Shown here piece after piece: positions 13,381 through 24,374 of a stretch of DNA of 64,000 nt. Position 1 is the stretch's first letter, and each line of letters opens with the position of its first letter. Origin of the DNA: Eutreptiella sp. 'Long Island Sound 2002' (lineage: Eukaryota > Protista > Euglenida); NCBI GenBank assembly GCA_964036045.1, contig OZ038378.1, positions 45,260,001 to 45,324,000 of the forward strand. The letters are read 5' to 3'. The translations under genes and the position numbers were made by a program. The notes below the pieces were generated by a model. It was given only the letters and a program-made list of their open reading frames with translations. It had not been told where the DNA came from and did not search any database.

Positions 13381-14400
13381 GAAACTTGCTTGTGAAACCC
13401 AGTAGGGTTAGGCAATTTTTGGGAAGACCCCCGACCAAAAGCGGTCCGGGAGCGCAAAAATGCGGTCAAACCACCCCAACCAGATCTTGTATTTCACAAA
13501 ATCGACACTTTTGCGGTGTCATTGCAAAAAAAAGCGCGAAAAAACGAGCCGGTGGCGCCAAGTTACCCCCCGGGTACTTTGAGAAACCTCCTTGTGAAAA
13601 CCAGTAGGGTTAGGCAATTTTTGGGGGGACCCCCGACCAAAAACAGTCCGGGAGCGCAAAAATGTGGTCAGACCACCCCAACTGGGTCTAGTTATTTAAA
13701 AAGTAGACATTTGTGCGGCGTCATTGCAAAAAAAAAACGCCAAAAACCGAGCCGTTGGCGCCAAGTTACCCCCCGGGTCCTTTGGGAAACCTGCTTGTGG
13801 AAACCAGTAGGGATAGGCAATTTTTTTTGGGAGGGTACCGACCTAAAACGGTCCGATAGCGACGAAGGGCGGTCATAACAACCCAACTGGCTCTTGTTAT
13901 TCAAAAAGTAGACACTTTTGCGGTGATAATGCCAAAAAAAGCACCAAAAACCAAGCCGGTGGCGCCAAGCTATCCCCCGGGTGATTTGAGAAACCTGCTT
14001 GTGAAAACCAGTAGGGTTAGGCAACTTTTGGGGGGACCCCGACCAAAAGCGGTCCGAGAGCGAAAAAATGCGGTCAAACCACCCCAACCCAGTCTTGTTA
14101 TTCAAAAAGTAGACACTTTCACGGTGATAATGCCCAAACAAGCGCCAAAAACCGCGCCGGTGGCGCCAAGTTACCCCCCCGGTACTTTAGGAAACCTGCT
14201 TGTGGAAACCAGTAGGGTTAGGCAAGTTTTGGGGGACCCCCGACCAAAAAAAGTGCGGGTGCGCAAATATTGCGGTCAGAAAACCCCAACCGGGTCTAGT
14301 CATTGGAAGAGTAGACACTGTTGCGGTGCCAAGGGAACAAAAAGCGCCAAAAACCGAGCCAGCGGCGCCAAGTTAGCCCCCCGGGAGTTCGGGTAACCTG
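13381..14400. repeat. ~202-bp tandem repeat, 5 copies, inside the MULE
   Basis: GAAACCTGCTTGTGAAAACCAGTAGGGTTAGG recurs at ~13381, 13583, 13786, 13990, 14191 and partially at 14393. Confidence 0.9.
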
Positions 14401-15828
14401 CTTGTTGCACCACGGTACCAAAACACGCAGACACCTTAAAAACACCCACTTTGCCCTACGTACACACTCCCTTACCTCCCAAATACTATCCGCATATGTC
14501 CATGCATGTCATGGGAGGGTGTGAGGCACGGAAAGCGCAGCGCAAGTGTGAGAATGGCCTCGGGAATCGCCCGGGGCCTTTGCTTTTTTTGAAATTTTCG
14601 ATTATACTAGGACAAATCAATATGCGCTATTTCTGGATCGGCATCCGTTTTTGGCGGTGTCGAGTTGGACACAGCGTAAGTCGCAGGCGTCGTCGGTTCG
14701 ATTCCCGGGTTCCCCCGGTGCTGCGCAGCTGAACTGGCGGCGGGGCCATTTTTCTGCCAGAAATCCGGTTCTGGCGGGTCTTTGTGCGGATAAGCCCTTA
14801 TACGCAGAAAAACGCATTTCGGCGGATAACACTTGCCGTATGTAAACATGGAAGCATAAATGTGGAGTGCCAGAATAGGCAGATCGACGCCGGGAAGACT
14901 GTCCATGTGGACCGGCTTCAACACAGGCGCCTGTTGCTTCAGCGCCGAGTGCGTGTGACAACCGCGCTGTCACCTGCACGCAGCGCTAGAACGCCTATTA
15001 GACAGGGGCCTTCTGCTGTTTGCATTTTTTTGTGCCGAAACTGAGCTATGCTATATAGCTCATTGCGCATACCATGATATGCGTCGCAGGGCGCAGAACG
15101 GCTTGAGCGCGAAGCCACTTCAAAGTTGAAGTAAGAGTATCGGTAAGGCAAAACAAAGAGAAAGGAGCCATGCCAACGCCTCTCCGTGCCCCATGGCTAC
15201 CGCGAAGTTCCATGCCGCCATGCCCACCTCTTCCAAGGTGGCCACGCGAGATTGATGGTTTGGCATTATTGGTTTGTGGGTTTAACTCTAAGAAAAGATG
15301 TCAAACTTGCATGTATTTGTGACGGAGAATGGAGACACCAACACCACGAACAGCGCCACAGCTTTGCGGTGTGCCACAGTAAAGTGCGAACCTTTGAAGT
15401 TTAGTAAAAATATTCATTTTTGTAGAAAGAAATTTCGTCTTTGCTCACATTGGTGCAACTCCTTTGATGCCGCGGTATAGGGCCTCCTGTGCCCTACGCA
15501 GGCGCGCCCCTATGATGGAGGCATCCACAACGTGTACTGTATGGCGAGACGGAGGGATGTGGAGCAGGTACGCTGCTGCCCCGATGATCCCAGCCTCAGG
15601 GACCGTGCCGCGGATGGCACCTGTCCAGGTGGGGCTGCCATGACTCGCCTCGTGGCAAGGCGTATGGGTGGCAAGACCAACATTGGAATGTTGCTGCATT
15701 GCTTTGCATAGCATGATGGCGGTTGAAAACGCCCTACATGGCCGATGCTAGGCAGCTCGTTGCAGCCGCCAGGTAGGGCAAATCACAGCGTGGGCGACCG
15801 CGAAAAGGATGACGCCGACTACTACAGA

Positions 15829-16445
15829 CTAGTGGAGGATGCCACGCTTGAAGCGTGGCCCCGACTTACTGTAGCTAAGTGCTAATCGCATGATGATAAG
15901 AGCAGGGAAATCGAATATGTCTTTTGATCGTTGCATGTTGATTGAAGAAAAACATTGGCCTTCAGATGTTTTCTTTGTTGGTTGAATTCTTTTTCGAATT
16001 ATTAGTGCAAACAAAATTAGAAACAAAGTTGTTCAATACTCTATTGCAATTGATCGCAGAAAAGCAAAGGTCCAAAAGCACACATGCACGCAAATAGTTG
16101 TAAAAATGTATAGGATTCTAAATCCTAAAAGTCCATATGCATAAGTTAGTATTCTGCATACCCAAAGTCGATGAGTTTAGCAATTTACAAGAAAATTTCT
16201 GGACACACCACATTTGGCGTATTTGGCTCCGATATTGACAGGTCACCCCATGCACGTTCGCCAACCACAACTTGAATTGCTCGTCTTGATGTTGCCCGGG
16301 AAAGCGCAACATACAATTGCCCATGAACAAAAACGGGATCCCTCAAGAGCAGACCAATGCGAGAAAAGGATTGTCCTTGAGCACGGTTGATGGTTAGCGC
16401 AAATGGCAGCTTGACAGGAAACTGACGCCCCACGAATGTAATAGA
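15829..16445 (-). mobile_element. Helitron 3' fragment: Pif1 helicase C-terminus plus terminal hairpin and CTAG
   Basis: RQFPVKLPFALTINRAQGQS...VFVHGQLYVALSR...NVVCPEIFL (to 16185). Hairpin GCCACGCTT-N-AAGCGTGGC at 15841-15859, then 8 nt, then CTAG (15832-15829) followed by T on the minus strand. Confidence 0.9.
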
Positions 16446-18185
16446 TTGATGCTTTGTGGAGAGATGTGGCAACCCAGAATGAGTTGCCGCAGAAGGAGGA
16501 AGTGCGTAGGTTGAAAAATGCCGATGGCATTGCCAATGAGGCTGTGGAAACCGCAAAGGGTGAGTTGCATGAGGCCAAGGGGAGCTATGGTAAGGCAGAC
16601 GGAATCCATGTGCAAGCATACAAGGTTGCGTTGGCCCATTTTGGCATCTCAATAACTGCCTATTTTGGGCATGCCTACATAGACATAGATACATAGATAC
16701 ATACATATGAATATTGGGACCAAGCTGGTTGGGGAGGGAACATCAGCTATGACTTGTGAGGGACATCAAGAATAATTCACACATTGATGGCTCTTGACAA
16801 AGTGAAATCAGCTTGCAAGTGATCCGCTTCATCACGAGGCCCACTTTCAAGGCTTTTTTGGACTTGTGGGGGGCGAATGCCCCAAAATGGGCTTAAAATG
16901 GGCTCATTTCACCCGTTTGTGCACCCCAAATGGCCTAGGATGAGGTTTGAAAAAATGCGTTTTCGACCCATTTTTGACCCATTTTTGGTCGTAAAACATC
17001 CCATTTTCAAGGCATTTTGGGATTTTCGGAGGACCATATGGGCCACCACAAGCTCAAAACGGTCCAAAATCACTTGTTTGAGCGTCGCACATGGTTTAGG
17101 ATCATTTTTGAGGCAAGTCATCTTTTTGCCCCTATTGGACCCTGTTGACCCATTTGCGCACCCAGCTGTTCGGGCTTGAGCTTGCAGCTTGCCGCAGCCT
17201 AGTGGGCCTAGGTATTGGGGTCGATGCGTCAGTTTGGGCAATTCTGCGGGGTGGGAGCCACAAAACGTGGGGGGTTGCGGGTGGAGTAGGTGCCCTCGGA
17301 ATCGCATTTGGAGCCATGTAGCCAAAGATATGGCCTATTCTTGGTTTGTGGCTGTCGGCATTTGCCACTTCTGGGGGCCTTTTTGGGCCGTTTCCGGGAC
17401 ATATCATGGAGTTAGAGGGCGACAAAGAGCTCGTTGACACGGGGAAGTCAAGCTGCACGTGCAATTCACCCACCGTTTCCCTTCGCTTGGCCGTTTAGAA
17501 TAGGTTCCAGGGCTTTTTTCACCCAAAAATGGCGGTTTTTGGCCCTAAACTGCAGTTTTTGAAACTGAGGTCCGCCACCGTTGAGTTTCTTGCTCAAACT
17601 TTGTGTGATTGTACTTCACACCCATAGGTATCATCCACCAAAATTTCACTGGAATCTGAAGCACCACAACGGAGTTCGGATTTTTACCCATTTCGCGCGT
17701 GCTGCTTGCTTGCTGCCTGCTTGCTTGCTTGCTGCTAAACCTGGTAGGTCCACCCTAGACCCTAAAAAGGGTTGTAAAACTAAGACTGGTTCCACCAGCT
17801 CGGTGACCCTAATCCTAACCCTAATGACACATTTGTGGGGGGCAAATCAGACTATGCATGTGATTGCAATGGTTGAAAGACATTGGATGATCATTCATGT
17901 GCACTAAATCGAAGAAATGGACATTACATTGTGTCCTACATTGTTGCATGATGTGAGCATTTGTCATTTGAGAGGGATTTGGACAGAGCAGGGTGCTGGG
18001 ATTGCCATCTGTCACGATTTTGCCCGAAAAACCACCCCTGCCACTAGGGAAGTGTGAAGAGATTGCATTTTTATCATCCCGTAGGGTCCCTTGGGCCATC
18101 CGCATCATCTCTTCACACTTAGACTTTTTGTCCGGGATTCCTTGATTTGGTGGGGTAGTGACTACCACAGACCATTAAATATATA

Positions 18186-18345
<160 letters not shown>

Positions 18346-18603
18346 AAGCCAAAAACTACATGGCCGGTGCACAATTTTTGGGACCACTTTTGTTCATGCT
18401 TGTCCTGTCACTCATTGAGATGTTGGCTTCGCGAGGATCTTGATAATGGCTGTGCTTCATTGATTGGCGCACGGATGGTATTGGACATGAATGTGAAACA
18501 AGATGTTCATGATTTCCAAGCAACAAGGTTGGCCATTTGTAGAAGAAATCATCCCAAAGTTTGCATCCTTACCCTCGCAATCAATTCCTTTGTAGCATGT
18601 GGT

Positions 18604-18896
18604 ATGATGTTGTACAGTCACAAAACCCCGAAGAAGGTCTTGGGCTTGTATGGCTCTCCCACCATCCAGGCGGCAATTGCTGTCCTCTTGAACAACAACT
18701 CTTGCGAGCCGGAGAACCAATACACAATGCAACTTGTTGAGACCGAATACATGCCGTCTTTGCCACGAAAGGAACCTCACCAATATCAAAATTACAAACC
18801 CGACGGGATCCTCAAATGGTCGTGGTTTGGCAAGCACCAAGAACGCATTTTCTCTTGCATCATCATCTTGTTCGACTGGAGCCCCTTCAATGATAG
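18604..18896 (+). CDS. TRAPPC11: TRAPPC11 homologue, coding exon 1
   Basis: KTPKKVLGLYG and YKPDGILKWSWFGKH...CIIILFDW resemble the TRAPPC11 N-terminus (YIPKGILK.GW..KH). GT donor at 18897 is phase 2 and matches the next exon. Start codon uncertain. Confidence 0.75.
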
Positions 18897-20187
18897 GTTT
18901 CTATCCCTGCACGCTAATGCATTGTCCCATGGAGGAGGGAGGGCACCACCATGAAGTTTAGCTACTTCATCGCAGGAGTTGAAGTCCATTAAGGAGGAGG
19001 GAAGGGCGAGCAACTTTCAGTCTTAGCAACCATGACCACAATCAAGGGGTATTATCATTGTATATGGGTTGGTCCCGATGTTGTCACGCGGGAGGATGGG
19101 AGGGGGATTGTTCGCAGAACTAGCCAGACGATCATACACGTTTGCTCAGAAACGGAGACGAAAAAGACAAGAAACAACGAGTAAACAGCAATAAATGGCT
19201 AACGAATCAATGACCCACCAAAAGCAGCAGATGGCAAGAGGTCGAAACAAGGCGGGACACTATGAAACCCGATGTCACGAGAGAGTGAGCCGTGAGCGCG
19301 GCCAACGTTGAAAGTACGTGTTTCCCGAGTTTTTTCATACTTGTAGGCAATACTTGTACCCCATCAAATGGTTTTTGCTCAATTGGAGGTCCATCATTTC
19401 CGTGAAACAAGCCACAAAGTTGACCCAACTTGCATTGAGTTGTGTCACACAGTGGAAACCAAAAAGAACACTAGCACGAACGCACCACCTTGGTCACATC
19501 CCTTTTCTCATCCGAATCGTGCTCCAAGCCAACCTGGTTCCAAACACAAACGCCGTATGGGTACGCGTCATGCTGCAATCATCGTAATCGTCTCTCGTCG
19601 ATGCAAAAGTTGTGGTCACGATTGGCGTTTTCGGAAGACTTCCATGTGGCTACATGCTGTGCATGCTTTGCGTTTATCCAATCACCTGCAAGGCAAGTGT
19701 TGAACTTGACGAATTGTGACCGAATCAGATGAAACAATTGGTGCTCGGAGATTGTGGAAACTAGCATAATCCACGATCATCCACAATCAACATGAGCAGC
19801 AATGCTTCACTTTTGTTACACCACAAGCGTGGTGGACACGAAAGGTGAGGGTCGAGAGGGAGAGTGGGGTGCAGGGGCTACCAGAAAACTGAATGTGAGT
19901 CATGGGCTTCTGGACATTGGCCTGCACCTTTTCCTGTCTCAGCCTATGGTCCAGTGAGCAGTGTTTGCCTTTGTCTCGCTTTTTGCTTGCTCTTACGAAT
20001 GACAACGGTATTATGTTCGATGTCGAGGAGGTTCAGGGAGAGAAGGTTGAGAATGCATTGCCCCTTCGTGGCATTCCCCAACAAGAAAGAAGAGAGGGGG
20101 TGTGGGGTCTGCAACCTCAGAGAGGTAGCTATGGGCGGAATGTACACGTGGGTCCCTGAGGTGCATAAGTTTGGTTTCTATCCACAG

Positions 20188-20440
20188 GAACAACTTTGAA
20201 TCCGCCTTCACGTTGGCAGTGGAGCACGTGCGTTCTGCCACCAAAAGCCGAAACCCCAAAATCCTAGTCGTCCTCGTGTCCCAAAAGTCAGTGTCCAAGC
20301 TCATGGCGGAACGCAATGGGCGTTTGGAGTTCGGGTTCCATAGTGCTGGGTTGGAAGCATGCCCTCCGCAGTTTGTAGAGGCCGCGGTCGTGTTGCGTCG
20401 CCGACTTGAATTGGATTCTAAACAGATCCTTCTATTGCAG
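20188..20440 (+). CDS. TRAPPC11: TRAPPC11 homologue, exon 2
   Basis: CACAG acceptor in phase 2; VEHVRSATKSRNPKILVVLV...LELDSKQILLLQ resembles [20 protein letters not shown]...ELSGKSLFVL; GTGCGT donor at 20441 in phase 0. Confidence 0.8.
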
Positions 20441-21584
20441 GTGCGTTGTCGGTCCGTCTTCGATGCCCCTCTTTCACGATGTCCCCCAGGCGTCGCATGG
20501 AGTGCACCGTGAGGAGGTGAGATGTGGCCCATACTTGCGATTGCCTCCAATCCATGGTCCCGCAACAATGATACGCCGAAGATCGGGACAATGTACAAAA
20601 TGGCACTTTTTAGTGGCAAATCCCAGATACCCCTTTATTGCACTTGCCCCCCCCCCCCCCCCACACACACACTTTTACTAGTTTGCATTTGTCTGTTTTT
20701 AATTTAGGTCTCACCTCCCTTTTAAGGACCCATTGTATGGAGGCCGCCTCCTCACCACATCCCTAGCCTCATTCCCCACATTCTCATTGGCATCATCTGC
20801 CACTAACTCCCCCATTCTCTACTTGTTCACCGTCTTCGGTTGTTCCTTTGTGACCGGCTTTGCTATAGGTTTTGTAGTATTTGTAGGCCGTACAGGTGCT
20901 GGTGAGATTAATTGGTTATCTTCAGCGTGCGCAGCCCATGCGTATTTTCATGGCGGCTCAATGCATTCCAGCCCTACATGTGAATCCCCAATGCACCCAC
21001 CCGTATGTTGTCCTCAGGTACTGCAATTTTTGGGGATTTGGTACACATTTGGTACACATTTGCACGCCAAGAGTAAGGGTTTTGTGACGAATCCGCGACA
21101 CACGTGTGCCAAAATGTGGGTTTTGGTGCACAACCGCGTGACATGGACCATTTTGGGTGCACAACACTACATGCGTGCACATGCATAAACAGGAATGTGG
21201 CAGGAAGTCGTACGAAAAGTTGTATGTTGGTACGCGGACTCAGCAATTATTTCCTAAAAGCTATGTTGGTGGGACGCAAATGTGTGCCAAAAAAGTGTAT
21301 TAGTGCATGTTTTGGTGCACATTTGCACTTGTGGGACTTTTTTTTTCGGTTCTACTGCATTATTGATGAGTGCGTTGCTGCTTCGCTAAGCCCCCTTTCT
21401 CTTGGACAACCTGTCCCACTTTTGTTGCAAATCCGTGCCATGTTGAAGCTACTCGGGGACATACCGGGGGAATACAAGTCCCACAAATGGCGTACAAGCA
21501 AACGGCGCACACACTCGAGCACATGGCACGTGCACACACGCCCGCAGCATGAAACACGGCACACAAAACCCCAACACACAACAC

Positions 21585-21605
21585 AACAACACAAGCAGCA
21601 GTAGC

Positions 21606-21637
<32 letters not shown>

Positions 21638-21723
21638 CCACAACAAAAACCACCACCGCCGCCGCTGCCACCACCACCACCACCACAACAACAACGAAAA
21701 TGACATCAACAACAAAAATAACG

Positions 21724-21758
<35 letters not shown>

Positions 21759-21814
21759 AACAACAACAACCAACAACAACCAACAACAACACCACCACCA
21801 CCAACACTAACACC

Positions 21815-21860
<46 letters not shown>
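21585..21860. repeat. Compound (AAC)n / (ACC)n / (CA)n microsatellite in TRAPPC11 intron 2
   Basis: Directly visible. Confidence 0.95.
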
Positions 21861-21864
<4 letters not shown>

Positions 21865-22876
21865 CATGCACGCACGCGGTGCAGCCCAACAAGAGGAGGT
21901 GAAAATGAGATCAACCGGAGGTGCATGCGAGAGTTATGTGAAAGCCGAAAACTGTTCTAGTCGTTTGACACATGGAGTGCACCAAGTGCACCATTGTCCC
22001 GCACTCTATCAGGTGTTTTTGGCATCCCCATCGTAAGGGCTCTGCCGTTTGTTGTCACATTGAAGATGTGGGTGCATATGTGGCCAAGCGAACCCCTTCA
22101 GCTTCTTCTGCAAGCTTACTAGGCACCTACTTAGAGCACGAGGATCCTTGGGTACCTTAAGGTGCGTGTGGCGCTCTAAAGGTGCACAAAATGTCCGCCA
22201 AGGAGCAAGTACTCTCACGCATATTCCCACGAGCCGTGATGAACCCAAGGCACATATCTACAACAATTCCAAATTCGACATCGCAAATCCGTACTCAGTT
22301 GTGCGGTGCCACTGATGGACCCACTTGGATTCAACATAGGGTCAAGGCTCTGCACGCCAAGGGATGCAGTCCAGTGTGGACCCACCCACCCTAACACCCT
22401 CACTGCCCACCCTCCGCTGCCCATCCCCGATTTTCTGAGATATTTTTTCGATTCATGTTTTATTGAGCTGTTGTGCCTTTGCTCGCTTGTGTTGCCCATT
22501 GCCGCAGTGTGGGTGTTGCGGCCCTGCGGGTGATAGCGCCGTATTGTTGTGTTGTGAGGCCCCTTCTGGATGGGCCCTCGAGGTAGCCATGCATGCAGAG
22601 TTGGCTCACGTATGACTGCAATTTGACAACTGCATGCCTGTGCTCAGGCTGCTGCCTACTTCCGGAGACCGAAGCAAGGGAAATGTGTCGGCACAGTCGG
22701 GGAAGTGTGGCACGTGGTTGTTCCAGTGGTGTCTACATATGCGGTCGTGGCACATGTGGTCACAGCATATGTGAATTGGGGGTTGTTCAGGGGGAGGAAG
22801 CAGAACACCAACTGCACTGCATGCCACTCACGACAAATCATACACCCCACAGCACACACCATACACCATGTACCAG

Positions 22877-23101
22877 GCCGCCAACCAAAATGAGCTGCTG
22901 GACGAGGCGAAACGGATCATGCGGGCCGCGCTGGAGCACAGCGCGCTGTACATCCGTGACGAGGCCAAGCGGGTCAAGCGGCACAAGGGGGAGATCAACA
23001 AGACAACGCAGCCGTACTTGGCCGCCCGCCACCGCTTCAAGATCGCCTGGTTCTACGAGATGGTCCGTGACGCCAAGATGGCTCTGAAAAATTATGAGCA
23101 G
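22877..23101 (+). CDS. TRAPPC11: TRAPPC11 homologue, exon 3
   Basis: Phase-0 CAG acceptor; EHSALY...KRVKRHKGEINKTT...RHRFKIAWFYEM..D...ALKNY closely matches TRAPPC11 (RRVKSHKEFLNKTT...RHQFKIAFFSEL..D...ALKNY). 3' boundary uncertain. Confidence 0.88.
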
Positions 23102-23689
23102 GCCCTCTGCTCTTCTCCACCGCGTGTCTGTAGCCTTACGACTGGCGGTCCGGGGGCCTGGCTGGGACCATAGGGTTGATTCAGGCAAGAGATCTCCTTA
23201 GAGTCCCGGGCCAGGCCAAGGTTTTGGCCATTGGTGTCAACTGCAGCGATACACAGACTGCAGGGGAGTGGAGCCTCTGCCCTTGAATCAAAGCAGAAGA
23301 AATTCAACCTGAGGGGATAGCAATTGCAAAGATTGGCGATGAGGTGGATAGAGATGCTATCATTGGTCCTGAAGGTTGCTGAAGGTGATGGACCTACTGT
23401 TGTACAGCAGTCGAATTGTTGTTGAATTGTGCACCTATCTTACTTCTGCCTACACTTCCACTTAGGAGTCCTGAATGCCAAGTGGGAGGTCATCTGCTGG
23501 AGCATCATGAACTCCCAACCACCACTTCCTCCCAATTCCTGGTTGCAAACGGGATGACAAGGGACCCATCCCTCCTGACCCAAGTAGCACGCCCCCCCCC
23601 CCCCCTGCACTTGGGATCGGAGACCATCGGTTGCCATCTGAAACCAACTCCAGTGGCACACAGGGTCCCATTAAGCACATGGAGATGGG

Positions 23690-23990
23690 TGTGGGTGTGG
23701 TGCAGTGCGGTGTGCTGTGGTGGTGTGGTGTGTTGCGGTGTGGTGTGCCAAGGCGCTGTTACCGAAAGGCAATGGCCGGGATGGTCTTGAACGCGGGAAA
23801 ATGCAAGCCGGGAGGGCTGTGTGTGGTGTGTTACACCTGTGGCAGGGGGCCGTCACCCTGTCTGGTGTTGGGCATCTTCCATCCCGGGCTGCCCTGGGGG
23901 CCCCCTGAGGCTCTGCTTGATGGCGCTACCAAAGGTTTCGCTGGGCCCTGCCCTCGGTGCCTCCGGGCCCTAGTGGGGCATTGACAAGGC
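23690..23990 (-). mobile_element. Short 3'-end copy related to LINE family B
   Basis: Shares ATCCCGGCCATTGCCTTTCGGTAACAGCGCCTTGGCACACC and a CACAC-type tail with the copies ending near 51010 and 60640. Confidence 0.75.
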
Positions 23991-24009
23991 TGGCACCTGG
24001 GCAGCCGAG

Positions 24010-24370
24010 ATCCTTCAGCACACTGCCACACTGCCCTGGGGCAGTGGGCAGTGGGGATCCTGCTGTTTACTGCACTGGGCTGCTGGGATCCTTCCGTCCG
24101 AAGCCACACTGCAGTGCGCATGGGGCAGTGGGCTGTGGGCTATGGAGTTCATGCTGCACACTGCCTCCTGATTCCTGCTCTACACTGCGACACCGCTGGC
24201 TTCAGTACACTGCCTCAGTGCCAGGGAGCAGTGGGCAGTGGATCTTTTCTTGTACACTGCGCCACTGCTGGGAGCAGTGGGCAGTGGACCTTGAGTACAG
24301 TCCCTCACTGCTGGGAGCGGGGAGCATTGGACAATGGATCTCCTTCAACACACTGCCTCACTGCCGCGCC
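24010..24370. repeat. Minisatellite of ACACTGC...GCAGTGG self-complementary units
   Basis: About 5-6 degenerate units such as CACACTGCC...GGGGCAGTGGGCAGTGG. Confidence 0.7.
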
Positions 24371-24374
24371 AGTG

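Larger units (their letters stand above)
9884..14839 (+). mobile_element. Mutator-like element (MULE) with ~60-bp TIRs
   Basis: ACGGCAAGTGTTATCCGCAGAAA... at 9884 is matched in inverted form by ...GCGGATAACACTTGCCGT ending at 14839, enclosing a MULE transposase. No TSD found. Confidence 0.75.

Noticed and set aside
17800-17825. Telomere remnant (CCCTAA-like; also near 51655)
   Set aside because: Only 2-4 degenerate units, too short to support.
21360-21902. Poly-N/V/L ORFs
   Set aside because: Translations of (AAC)n and (CA)n microsatellites.
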